A stretch of DNA of 64,000 nucleotides from Candidatus Dormiibacterota bacterium (GTDB lineage Bacteria; Chloroflexota; Dormibacteria; Aeolococcales; Aeolococcaceae). Below are positions 1 to 8,145 of this stretch, one piece after another (position 1 is the first letter of the stretch; every line of letters starts with the position of its first letter). The notes below the pieces were generated by a model, which was given only the letters and a program-made list of their open reading frames with translations, was not told the DNA's origin and made no database searches. The stretch covers positions 4,513 to 68,512 of the forward strand of contig PLZA01000025.1 in assembly GCA_003153505.1 (NCBI GenBank), written 5' to 3'. The translations under genes were made by a program, and so were the position numbers.

Positions 1-1089
1 GAGAACGTGGCGCGTTCACGCCACGACCGCCCCGGGCTGGCCGACGCGCTCGCGCTTGCGGCCGTGACCGCCGACAATGCGCGCGTCACGACCCGGCGCC
101 TTGAGGAAGCGGCGGCGATCTGGCGCGAGGTCGGGAATCCACTCGGTGAGGCCAAGGTGGAGCTGGTCCTCGCGTCGATCGACCGGGGAGCGGGCTCGGC
201 AGCAATGCGACGCAAGGCTGAGCACCAGCTCGAGGCCCTCGGCGTGCGCGCGCATCAGAGCGGCAACGTCGCCGCGGGCCTCCTGGCGTTTCTGAGCCCA
301 CATGACCGTGTGGCGGTGCGCCTTCAGTCCCTTGGCGGATTTTCCGTGTTTCGCGATGGAGAGCTCGTCCGCATCTCCGAGTGGCAATCGAAGCGTGCGC
401 GTGAGCTGCTCAAGCTCCTCATCGCGCGGCGCGGCCGCCCGGCGCCGCGCGGGTATCTCATGGAAACCCTCTGGCCGGGCGAGGATTCGGAGCGCGTGGC
501 AAATCGCCTGTCGGTTGCGCTGACCACGGTCCGCGGCGTGCTCGACCCCCAGCGCCGCTTCTCGCCCGAGCACTTTCTGTCCGCGGACAAGGACGCAGTC
601 GCGCTCAACCTGGATGCGGTCGACATCGACGTCGAACGGTTTCTCTCAGCGACCGACGATGGGCTCGACTGCCTTCGTCGTGGAGATGTCGCACGAGGGC
701 TGCCCGCCCTCAGCAGCGCAACCGTCCTCTACGCGGGAGACTTCCTCGAGGAGAACCCCTACGACGATTGGGCGGTGTCCCTCCGCGAGGAAGCTCGCGC
801 GGCGTACGTCGCCGCCCTGCGCCTCCTTGCGCGGCACGCGAACGATCCCGACGCAGCGGTCACGCATCTGCTGCGCATCCTCGAGACCGACCGCTACGAC
901 GAGCAGGCGCACGTCGGACTCGTTCGCGCGCTCGCCGACGCCGGCCGTCATGGCGAGGCGCACCGGCACTACCTCAACTACCGCCGCGCCATGGACGAGC
1001 TCGGCGTTGAACCGGCGCCGTTTCCAGGCAGCCGCGGCGGCAAACCGCCGGGCAGTGATCGCGCTGCGAGTGCCTTCAGCCAACCTTAA
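1..1089 (+). CDS. C-terminal part of a larger TPR-containing regulator, with a C-terminal OmpR-type winged-helix DNA-binding domain followed by a BTAD (SARP-type) domain; 5'-truncated by the window edge
   Basis: Reading frame is open from position 1 and the listed ORF 7..1089 has no upstream stop. The segment RLQSLGGFSVFRDGELVRISEWQSKRARELLKLLIARRGRPAPRGYLMETLWPGEDSERVANRLSVALTTVRGVL is a SARP/OmpR-like wHTH. A BTAD-like helical region follows (DDWAVSLREEARAAYVAALRLL...HYLNYRRAMDELGVEP). Confidence 0.6.
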   Translation, partial: ENVARSRHDRPGLADALALAAVTADNARVTTRRLEEAAAIWREVGNPLGEAKVELVLASIDRGAGSAAMRRKAEHQLEALGVRAHQSGNVAAGLLAFLSPHDRVAVRLQSLGGFSVFRDGELVRISEWQSKRARELLKLLIARRGRPAPRGYLMETLWPGEDSERVANRLSVALTTVRGVLDPQRRFSPEHFLSADKDAVALNLDAVDIDVERFLSATDDGLDCLRRGDVARGLPALSSATVLYAGDFLEENPYDDWAVSLREEARAAYVAALRLLARHANDPDAAVTHLLRILETDRYDEQAHVGLVRALADAGRHGEAHRHYLNYRRAMDELGVEPAPFPGSRGGKPPGSDRAASAFSQP

Positions 1090-1123
1090 GGCTGCCTGAA
1101 GAGGCCTGCGTAGGCTTCGGGCC

Positions 1124-1342
1124 ATGGAGACGTTCATGGTGCGGGTCTGGACCCCCGACGGCGACGACTGGTCCCCCGGCGTCCGCGGCACGGCAACCCA
1201 CCTCGCCTCGGGCAAGCAGGTCACCTTCAGCGAGGAGGCGGGACTGATCGCGTTCATCGCGGACACCAGGTCGTCAAGCGAAGGGCAGGCACTGGATGAG
1301 ACCCAACCACCCGCCACGAGTAAGGGCCATGCGCGTCCATAA
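1124..1342 (+). CDS. small hypothetical protein (72 aa) immediately downstream of the SARP-type gene
   Basis: ORF METFMVRVWTPDGDDWSPGVRGTATHLASGKQVTFSEEAGLIAFIADTR... GC3 is high in the first ~45 codons and lower at the 3' end. No recognisable family. Confidence 0.25.
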   Translation: METFMVRVWTPDGDDWSPGVRGTATHLASGKQVTFSEEAGLIAFIADTRSSSEGQALDETQPPATSKGHARP

Positions 1343-1369
1343 CTTGAAAAGCCAGAAGGAGACAGATCG

Positions 1370-2011
1370 ATGAGACGCACCTGGATGATCGGCACCACCG
1401 TGATCGGCGCGAGCCTGCTTGCGGCATGCGGGGCTTCGACGACCGGCGGCACTCCCACGCCCGCCGGCACCTCCGCCCCGGCAGCCACCCCGACGGCAAC
1501 TCCCGCGTCGACGCCCACCGCGTCACAGACGGCGGTGCCCACCTCGCTCGATCCCTGTCAGGTGGTGCCCGCATCTGAAGCCTCGTCGGTCGCGGGCGTC
1601 TCGTTCGCGACCGGCAAGGAGGAGACGTACTCCGGCAACGGCAAGGGCTGCGTCTACGGCGCCGCCACGCTGAACGTGTTCACCGTCATCGTTGCGGTGG
1701 CACCCGACGCCGCGACCGCGCAGGCCGACTGGGTCACGGAGGAAGCCCAGGTGAAGGCAACGCTGCAGACGGCCGCCCAGGGGCACGGGATCAACGTGAG
1801 CATCGGCGACGTGTCCCTGTCCGGCGCAGACAAGGCTGCGGTCGGCACCGGGAGCGCGAGCATCGCCGGGGTGACGCTCGCCGCGAGTGTCATCTACTTC
1901 CTCAAGGGCGCGACGTTCGTCTCCTTCTCGGATCTCACGCTCGGCCACACCGCACCCAGCGCCGCCACCATGGAGGCCGAGGCGCAGAACGTGATTGGGC
2001 GTCTGCCATGA
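1370..2011 (+). CDS. secreted lipoprotein with a Pro/Thr-rich linker (DUF3558-like fold guess)
   Basis: N-terminus MRRTWMIGTTVIGASLLAACG has a lipobox (LAAC). A low-complexity TPTPAGTSAPAATPTATPAST linker precedes a globular C-terminal domain. Confidence 0.55.
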   Translation: MRRTWMIGTTVIGASLLAACGASTTGGTPTPAGTSAPAATPTATPASTPTASQTAVPTSLDPCQVVPASEASSVAGVSFATGKEETYSGNGKGCVYGAATLNVFTVIVAVAPDAATAQADWVTEEAQVKATLQTAAQGHGINVSIGDVSLSGADKAAVGTGSASIAGVTLAASVIYFLKGATFVSFSDLTLGHTAPSAATMEAEAQNVIGRLP

Positions 2012-2150
2012 AGCGCGCAACGCCACGGCGCAGGCGGGTGGTCGTCGGCCTTCGACGCGCTGCGTGAGAGTCGGGGGTCGGTTGGGCGCAACCGGCCCCC
2101 GTGCTCAGCTGGGGCAGCCCGAGGGTCGTCATGTAGGCGTGAGGGCTCGA

Positions 2151-2501
2151 TCAATCCTCGGAGACTGTGGTCGCGTGTCCCGCTCGCAGGAGCAGCCCCG
2201 GCGGGCAGAGCCAGGTCATGACGTCGAGGGTGAGACGTCCGGCCTCCACGGCTGGATCCGCCTCCGCGAGCTCACGCGCCCGTTGCAGCGATCCGGTCCG
2301 GTAGAACGTGAGGCCACGAAGTGACTCGTCGGGCTGGTTCATCACCGGCCCGTTGGTGGCGATATGCCCCGACGCGCGAAGGGACGCGTGGTAGACGAGG
2401 TGCTCGCCCTGAATGCGATCCAGGGTCACTTCGTCGTAGGCCCGAGCGTTCGCCGGACGGCGAAGGAGCACCAGTTCGAAGGATTCCAGTTCCACGGTCA
2501 C
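2151..2501 (-). CDS. YciI-like (DGPF/stress-responsive) family protein
   Basis: VTVELESFELVLLRRP...EHLVYHASLRASGHIATNGPV...GLTFYRTGSLQRARELAEADPAVEAGRLTLDVMTW matches the YciI-like pattern (EH..Y...L...G..AGP ... A.S.EEA..L...DP). GTG start inferred at 2499-2501. Confidence 0.5.
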   Translation of the reverse strand: MTVELESFELVLLRRPANARAYDEVTLDRIQGEHLVYHASLRASGHIATNGPVMNQPDESLRGLTFYRTGSLQRARELAEADPAVEAGRLTLDVMTWLCPPGLLLRAGHATTVSED

Positions 2502-2580
2502 TCTCCCGGCTCGTATCTGCAGCTTTTGGGTCAGGGGTATTAGACTGCCCGGCGATCCGGCAACCCGTGGAGGGGCATCG

Positions 2581-3678
2581 ATGGGACTGGCAATCCTGCT
2601 GGTCGGAACGCGCAAGGGCCTGATGATCGCGCGCAGCACCGACGATCGCCGCACCTGGACGACGAACGACTTTCAGTTTCTCAATCAGGAGGTCTACAGC
2701 GTCGCGATCGACACCCGCCATGATCCGCCGCGGATCTTCGCCGGCGTCGGGACAGGTCACTGGGGTCCATTGCTCACCTTCTCCGATGACCTCGGCAAGT
2801 CCTGGACCGAGCCCGAGGAGCCGCCGATCGGATTTCCACCAGGAAGCGATGCCGCCGTTGCCCGCGTCTGGCAGATTCAACCGGCGCCGGCCGACCAGCC
2901 GGACGTCGTGTATGCGGGCGTCGAGCCGCACGCCCTGTTCAGATCGGATGATCGAGGCAAGAGCTTCGGGCTCGTCGAGGGCCTGTGGAATCATCCGCAT
3001 CGTCCGAGCTGGATGCCCGGCGGTGGCGGCGCGTGCCTGCACACGATCCTTCCCCATCCGGCGGATCCGGACGACCTGCTCGTGGTGATGTCCGCAGCCG
3101 GCGTCTATCACACGCGCGACGGCGGAGCGAGCTGGGAGCCGGCCAACCGCGGCATCCAGGCGGCGTTTCTCCCCGAGGATCAGCGCTTTCCGGTATTCGG
3201 ACAGTGCGTCCACAAGGTGGCATTCCACCCCGGCCGCCCTGAGCGGCTGTTCGCTCAGAACCACTTCGGCGTCTACCGCAGCGAGGACCGGGGCGGCTCG
3301 TGGACACCCATCGAGTCAGGACTGCCGAGCAACTTCGGATTCGCGCTGGTCGCCCACCCCCACCGGCCGGACACCTTGTATTCGTTTCCGCTCCAGGCGG
3401 ACGCTGAGAGGTTTCCGCCGGAGGCAAAGCTTCGCGTGTACCGGACCGAGAACGCCGGCGAGACGTGGGCGCCGCTCTCGGAGGGCCTGCCGAAGGATCC
3501 CTACTACGCCGCCGTACTTCGCGACGCCATGGTCGCCGACTCTGGAGACCCTGCCGGGATCTACTTCGGCACGCGGCTCGGAGAGGTCTACGGGAGCCGT
3601 GACGGCGGGGACGGCTGGTCGTTGCTCGCCAGCCACCTTCCCGACGTGCTCTCCGTGCGAGTCGCCGAGGTCGCGTGA
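2581..3678 (+). CDS. BNR/Asp-box repeat beta-propeller protein (sialidase-like / Ycf48-like glycoside-hydrolase fold)
   Basis: Repeated S-x-D-x-G-x-T/S-W motifs (SDDLGKSWTE, SDDRGKSF, TRDGGASWEP, SEDRGGSWTP, TENAGETWAP, SRDGGDGWSL) are typical BNR/Asp-box blades. 365 aa. Confidence 0.65.
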   Translation: MGLAILLVGTRKGLMIARSTDDRRTWTTNDFQFLNQEVYSVAIDTRHDPPRIFAGVGTGHWGPLLTFSDDLGKSWTEPEEPPIGFPPGSDAAVARVWQIQPAPADQPDVVYAGVEPHALFRSDDRGKSFGLVEGLWNHPHRPSWMPGGGGACLHTILPHPADPDDLLVVMSAAGVYHTRDGGASWEPANRGIQAAFLPEDQRFPVFGQCVHKVAFHPGRPERLFAQNHFGVYRSEDRGGSWTPIESGLPSNFGFALVAHPHRPDTLYSFPLQADAERFPPEAKLRVYRTENAGETWAPLSEGLPKDPYYAAVLRDAMVADSGDPAGIYFGTRLGEVYGSRDGGDGWSLLASHLPDVLSVRVAEVA

Positions 3679-3959
3679 CCTCGCGGCTGCTCCTGCCGGC
3701 GACACTTCGTCGCTACGCAGGCGGCCAGGCTGAGGTGGAGATCCGCGGCGGCAGGCTGGGCACCGCACTGGACGATCTCTGCGAGCGGCTTCCCCAACTG
3801 GAGCGCCGGTTACGTGACGAGCAGGGCCGGCTCCGGCCTCACGTCCTGATATTCGTCGACGGGGTGAGCGTGCGCGGCGGTTCGCCCATGGACACGCCGC
3901 TTCCGGAGGGGGCCGAGGTGTTCGTCGCGCCAGCCGTGTCGGGCGGGAGCTGCGGGTGA
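3675..3959 (+). CDS. MoaD/ThiS-family ubiquitin-like sulfur-carrier protein, start overlapping the BNR gene stop (GTGA)
   Basis: ATLRRYAGG...VEI.GGRLGTALDDLCERLP...HVLIFVDGVSVRG...DTPLPEGAEVFVAPAVSGG is a MoaD-like beta-grasp signature. The C-terminus is GG followed by a 4-residue extension SCG*. Confidence 0.6.
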   Translation: MTSRLLLPATLRRYAGGQAEVEIRGGRLGTALDDLCERLPQLERRLRDEQGRLRPHVLIFVDGVSVRGGSPMDTPLPEGAEVFVAPAVSGGSCG

Positions 3960-3960
3960 G

Positions 3961-4359
3961 TCAGTCCCCGGACTGAGCCGCCGGGGCCGCAGCCGGGTCC
4001 AGCCAGCGGTGGGCCCATCTGCCCAGGGCGCTGAGTGACTCGTTGAGATCCCTTCCGGCCCCGGTGAGGGTGTACTCGACTCCCACCGGCGGGCCCGGAA
4101 GGACGTGCCGCGACACCAGCCCGGCAACCTCCAGCTCACGCAAACGGTCGGCGCAGAGTCGCTCTGACATGCCGGGGACTGCGCTGACCAGCGCGTGAAA
4201 GCGAAGCGGTCCGCGGAAAAGCAAGCTCACGATCGCTCCCGTCCAGCGCTTGCCGATCAGCTCGACCGCCTGGTGATACACCGCGCAGACGACGGCGGGA
4301 TCGTGGGACACCTCGGGGGTGGACGTCGCAGCAGCATCGGGCGCAAGAGCCATACGCAC
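3961..4359 (-). CDS. HxlR-family winged-helix transcriptional regulator
   Basis: CAVYHQAVELIGKRWTGAIVSLLFRGPLRFHALVSAVPGMSERLCADRLRELEVAGLVSRHVLPGPPVGVEYTLT is an HxlR-type HTH. Divergent from a DoxX gene, which is the classic pairing. Confidence 0.8.
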   Translation of the reverse strand: MRMALAPDAAATSTPEVSHDPAVVCAVYHQAVELIGKRWTGAIVSLLFRGPLRFHALVSAVPGMSERLCADRLRELEVAGLVSRHVLPGPPVGVEYTLTGAGRDLNESLSALGRWAHRWLDPAAAPAAQSGD

Positions 4360-4381
4360 ATTATACCTCTGCTCCGTACTC

Positions 4382-4410
4382 TTGACATAGTTGCTTATTA
4401 TATGTAAGCT
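4382..4410 (+). promoter_or_regulatory. sigma-A-like promoter (TTGACA-17-TAAGCT) inside an AT-rich island, with an overlapping imperfect inverted repeat (AGTTGCTTA-n6-TAAGCTACT) as candidate HxlR operator
   Basis: Positions 4382-4387 read TTGACA, a 17-nt spacer follows, and TAAGCT sits at 4405-4410. This is the only strongly AT-rich stretch in the neighbourhood and lies between the divergent HxlR and DoxX genes. Confidence 0.45.
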
Positions 4411-4452
4411 ACTTTCATTACTGCAGTCCGTCCCAGGCCAGGAGGCCTCCTC

Positions 4453-4971
4453 ATGAACGCTGGTTTACTCATCCTTCGCCTCGCCTTCGGCGTGGCGCTC
4501 GCCGCCCACGGCGCCCAGAAGCTCTTCGGCTGGTGGGGCGGTCCAGGACCCCGCGGCCTTCGCGACCACCTCACCCACATGCGTTTCCGGCCGGCTCCGC
4601 TCTGGGTCGCCGGTGCGATCGCCACCGAGATCGGCGGCGGCCTTCTGCTCGCGCTCGGGTTCTTGAGCCCGCTCGGGTCAGTGGGCGCCGGCGCATCGAT
4701 GCTCATGGCGATCGTCGCCTTCCACTGGGGGAAGGGGTTCTTCGGTCAGCGGGGCGGGTTCGAGGTGCCACTCCTCTACCTGGTGGCCGCCTCGGTCCTC
4801 GGCATCACCGGAGCCGGTTCGTATTCTCTCGACTCGCTCTTCGGGATCTCGCTCCCCGAGCCCCTGATCGGCCTCGTCGCTGCCGCTCTTGCGGTCGGTG
4901 GTGTTGCCCTCGCGATGGCGGGGCGTCGCCCTGCCGTACCCGAGCAGCGCTCGGCGCGACTTGCGGCGTAA
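4453..4971 (+). CDS. DoxX-family membrane protein
   Basis: MNAGLLILRLAFGVALAAHGAQKLFGWWGG... has four predicted TM helices and the DoxX motif pattern. Confidence 0.8.
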   Translation: MNAGLLILRLAFGVALAAHGAQKLFGWWGGPGPRGLRDHLTHMRFRPAPLWVAGAIATEIGGGLLLALGFLSPLGSVGAGASMLMAIVAFHWGKGFFGQRGGFEVPLLYLVAASVLGITGAGSYSLDSLFGISLPEPLIGLVAAALAVGGVALAMAGRRPAVPEQRSARLAA

Positions 4972-5063
4972 GGTCCTTCGCCGCGCCTACCGTCAGTTCG
5001 ATCTGGCATTGCACATGGCCGGTCGCTCCCCGGACGGCGCTCGATTCCGCATGCGCGACGCGT

Positions 5064-5636
5064 TCACGGTTCGGACGACGGGGTGATGCGGTAGTGGAGA
5101 TGCACCATGCCGCCGGCGAAACGGCGCTCGTCGAGTAAGTCGAGTCCGATCCTGAGGTCGCTGGGCAGGGCAGCGATGCCGGCCCCGACGATGACCGGCG
5201 CGATCAGCAGGTGGTATTCGTCCACGAGGCCGGCTCGGAGCGCCTCAGCGCCAAGGTGAGGGCCGCCCACAGTGATGTCCTGACGTGCCTCGGCTTTGAG
5301 CCGCCGTACCGACGCAGGATCGAATTCCCGTTCGATGGTGGTCCTGCCGCTCGACGCCTGCGTAAGCGTTCTCGAGTACACGATCTTGCTGGCCGCCCGC
5401 CAGATTGCAGCAAACTCGCGCTCGACGGGCGGGAGACCCGCAGCCGTGTGGGCCGTCTCCCAGTAGACCATCACCTCATACATCCGCCGTCCGAAGAGAT
5501 AGATCCCGATGGGACGTTCGAGCTCATTGACGAACCGGAACACCTCCTCGTCGGGCTCGGCCCAGCCGAACTTCCCGTCCGCATCCGCCACGTAGCCGTC
5601 GAGCGACGCGATCGTGGTGTAGATCAACTTCGCCAT
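5064..5636 (-). CDS. dihydrofolate reductase family protein (RibD C-terminal domain)
   Basis: MAKLIYTTIASLDGYVADADGKFGWAEPDEEVFRFVNELERPIGIYLFGRRMYEVMVYWE...DEYHLLIAPVIVGAG is an RibD_C/DHFR-like fold. Start placed at MAKLIY (5634-5636), 2 nt after the stop of the upstream Ddn-like gene. Confidence 0.8.
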   Translation of the reverse strand: MAKLIYTTIASLDGYVADADGKFGWAEPDEEVFRFVNELERPIGIYLFGRRMYEVMVYWETAHTAAGLPPVEREFAAIWRAASKIVYSRTLTQASSGRTTIEREFDPASVRRLKAEARQDITVGGPHLGAEALRAGLVDEYHLLIAPVIVGAGIAALPSDLRIGLDLLDERRFAGGMVHLHYRITPSSEP

Positions 5637-5638
5637 GG

Positions 5639-6025
5639 TCAATCGGCGGGGCCGTCGATGGTCACTTCGAAGAGCGGGCTCTGTTCGACCATGGTTTCGA
5701 GGTCGTCGCGCTTCCACGCTCGTGCGATGGAAGGGAGCACCTCGCGACGCTCGGTCTCATCGGTGATCACGCGCGCCGTGGCGGCGAAGTCGGCGTTCAG
5801 CGCACCCTTGAGGTGAAAGATGAAGTGCGGGTTGGCCAGCAGGTTCGCGATGTAGCTCCGCTTGAACCCCGGCATGCCGCTGACGTACTGCCGGCCACCG
5901 ACGTTGTGGAAGACGATCTCGATGCGGTGTTGGGTCCCGGTCTTGCGACCGGTCGTGGTGATGTCGATCACCCCGCCGCGATTGAGCGCGTCGATGACGG
6001 GTCGGTCGAGCGGTGCGCTGGTCAT
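5639..6025 (-). CDS. deazaflavin (F420)-dependent nitroreductase family protein (Ddn-like, PNPOx-like fold)
   Basis: LNRGGVIDITTTGRKTGTQHRIEIVFHNVGGRQYVSGMPGFKRSYIANLLANPHFIFHL...EVLPSIARAW matches the DUF385/Ddn family. Confidence 0.8.
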   Translation of the reverse strand: MTSAPLDRPVIDALNRGGVIDITTTGRKTGTQHRIEIVFHNVGGRQYVSGMPGFKRSYIANLLANPHFIFHLKGALNADFAATARVITDETERREVLPSIARAWKRDDLETMVEQSPLFEVTIDGPAD

Positions 6026-6213
6026 GGTGCTTCCCTGGTGGTGGCTCGGCTCGTTGGCGCGTGAGGTATCAGCCTAAACCGCCTGCGCGCGAGGACGCCT
6101 TGTGACCTTCGTCCCGGCCGGCGACGACCTTCGCCCGTGGCCCGGGGCGACGTAGCAATTCCATCATTGAAATCGGACGACTCACACGGGCGCACGACTT
6201 GGAGGGCGAATCG

Positions 6214-7407
6214 ATGGAGATTCTGCGAAACCTCTGGCGGCGCAAGTTGCGCACGACACTCACTGTCAGCGGCATCGTCATGGGCATCTTCGCGCTGACG
6301 ACGATGGGGTCGCTGGCGGAGCATTTCAACGTTCTGCTTGGCGGCGGCATCACGTACTACGGCGGCAGCATCCAGGTCACCGACGACAAGAGCAACGGCG
6401 GTTTCGGCGCGGGCGCGATGTCGCTCGACACTCTCCAGAAGATCCAGCAGGTGGATGGGGTTCTGGCGGCGGGTCCCGCCGTCGGAACCTCCGCGAAACC
6501 AGGCTCGGTCTCGACTGTGAGCTTCGGTGTTCCCGACTACATCATGAATTTCGATGCCACGACGACCGCACATTCACCATTCAAGATCTCAGTCGCGAGC
6601 GGCGCGTTTCCGAATGACGCATCGCGCTTTCAGGTGACGCTGGGAAGCACGCTCGCCTCGGAATTCAGGAAGCATGTCGGCGATACGATCATGCTCCCGG
6701 TCAGGCCGAAGGACGCGACATCGGATTTCATCAATCACCGGTTCACGGTGATCGGCGTCCTCGACCAGACGCTCACGGCGCCGGACAACGGCGCGTACGT
6801 GAGCCTGCACGACGCCCAGATGCTCCTCGGCGAAAGCCTTCCCGCAGCACTCCGCGGCACGGTGAATCCCTACCAGCTGATCACGTCGGTGGTTGCGTAC
6901 GGGCGCCCCGGAGTCAACCTGGACGCGCTTGCCACGCGGATCACCGCCGTGGTGCCGGGGGTGAAGGCGACCAAACCGAGCGACCTCGTGAGCAGCTTCA
7001 AGTCGGGTGGAGCGATCTTCACCTTCATGACCACCGCGGCAGCGCTGCTGGCGCTGATCATCGGTGGCCTCTCCGTCGTCAACACGATGATCATGTCGGT
7101 TACCGAGCGCACCAGGGAAATCGGGCTCAAGAAAGCAATCGGGGCAAAGACGCGCAACATCCTGTCGGAGTTCGTCGCCGAGTCAACGGCGATGGGACTG
7201 ATCGGGGGCCTCATCGGTTTCCTCCTCGGCATGCTGATGACCTTCCTGCTCAACAACGGTGACCCGAGTGGCGGCCTTTTCCTGATCACTCCACGATTGA
7301 CGCTGATCGCACTCGTCTTTGCGGTCGCCCTCGGCGCGGGAGCCGGCGTGATCCCGGCAATGCGCGCGGCGAGGATGGATCCGGTCACTGCGCTGCGGGC
7401 GCAATAG
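6214..7407 (+). CDS. ABC transporter permease, FtsX/MacB-like (N-terminal TM, large periplasmic domain, C-terminal FtsX 4-TM bundle)
   Basis: MEILRNLWRRKLRTTLTVSGIVMGIFALTTM... and C-terminal ...SVTERTREIGLKKAIGAKTRNILSEFVAESTAMGLIGGLIGFLLG are MacB/FtsX signatures. GGAGGG sits 7 nt upstream of the ATG at 6214. Confidence 0.8.
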   Translation: MEILRNLWRRKLRTTLTVSGIVMGIFALTTMGSLAEHFNVLLGGGITYYGGSIQVTDDKSNGGFGAGAMSLDTLQKIQQVDGVLAAGPAVGTSAKPGSVSTVSFGVPDYIMNFDATTTAHSPFKISVASGAFPNDASRFQVTLGSTLASEFRKHVGDTIMLPVRPKDATSDFINHRFTVIGVLDQTLTAPDNGAYVSLHDAQMLLGESLPAALRGTVNPYQLITSVVAYGRPGVNLDALATRITAVVPGVKATKPSDLVSSFKSGGAIFTFMTTAAALLALIIGGLSVVNTMIMSVTERTREIGLKKAIGAKTRNILSEFVAESTAMGLIGGLIGFLLGMLMTFLLNNGDPSGGLFLITPRLTLIALVFAVALGAGAGVIPAMRAARMDPVTALRAQ

Positions 7408-7417
7408 GAGCACGGGG

Positions 7418-8143
7418 ATGGCGACGATCAAAACGCTGGGTCTCAGCAAGACGTACGGCACGGGCGAGTCCATGGTGAAGGCGCTCGACGGAGTCGATCT
7501 CACCATCGAGCAAGGTGAGTTCCTCGCGATCGTCGGTCGGTCGGGGAGTGGGAAGACCACGATGCTCGACTGCATGGGACTGCTGATGCGTCCCAGCAGC
7601 GGCGCGGTCATCGTCGACGGCACCGATGCGAGCACCCTCAACGACGGTCAGCGCGCAGAGCTCCGGAGCAAGCGCATCGGGTTCATCTTCCAGGAGTTCA
7701 ACCTGCTCCCGACCATGTCGGCGATGGAGAACATCCTCCTGCCGCTGCGCTACTCCGGTGGCGATCGAAAAGCTGCGCGGATTCGCGCCGAAGGGTTCCT
7801 CGAGGAGGTTGGTCTCGCGAAACGCGCCAACCACCGGCCCACGCAGATGTCGGGTGGCGAGCAGCAGCGTGTCGCGATCGCACGGTCATTGATCAACGAG
7901 CCGACACTGGTGCTGGGCGACGAGCCCATGGGCGAGGTCGACACCGACACTGCAAACGCGCTGCTCGAATTCATGCGCCGCATCAACGCCGAGCGCCGTG
8001 TCTCATTCGTGATCGTCACCCACGATCTGGACCTCGCCGCGCGCACCGACCGGGTGATCCGCCTGCGCGACGGACACGTGATCAGCGACGAGCGCCCGTC
8101 GAGACAGCTCGTTCAGCGACCGGCAGCCGCGGCGGCAGCTTAG
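7418..8143 (+). CDS. ABC transporter ATP-binding protein (MacB/LolD-type)
   Basis: Walker A GRSGSGKTT, Q-loop, signature LSGGEQQRVAIARSL, Walker B LVLGDEP. Confidence 0.9.
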   Translation: MATIKTLGLSKTYGTGESMVKALDGVDLTIEQGEFLAIVGRSGSGKTTMLDCMGLLMRPSSGAVIVDGTDASTLNDGQRAELRSKRIGFIFQEFNLLPTMSAMENILLPLRYSGGDRKAARIRAEGFLEEVGLAKRANHRPTQMSGGEQQRVAIARSLINEPTLVLGDEPMGEVDTDTANALLEFMRRINAERRVSFVIVTHDLDLAARTDRVIRLRDGHVISDERPSRQLVQRPAAAAAA

Positions 8144-8145
8144 AC

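Noticed and set aside
2272-3264. 330-aa minus-strand ORF overlapping the BNR gene, and similar antisense ORFs (9742..10809, 17677..18363, 18025..19197, 30655..31473, 32277..33503, 45565..47109, 53731..55182)
   Set aside because: All lie opposite a confidently assigned gene and encode low-complexity Arg/Pro/Gly-rich sequence. They are open only because of GC3 bias.
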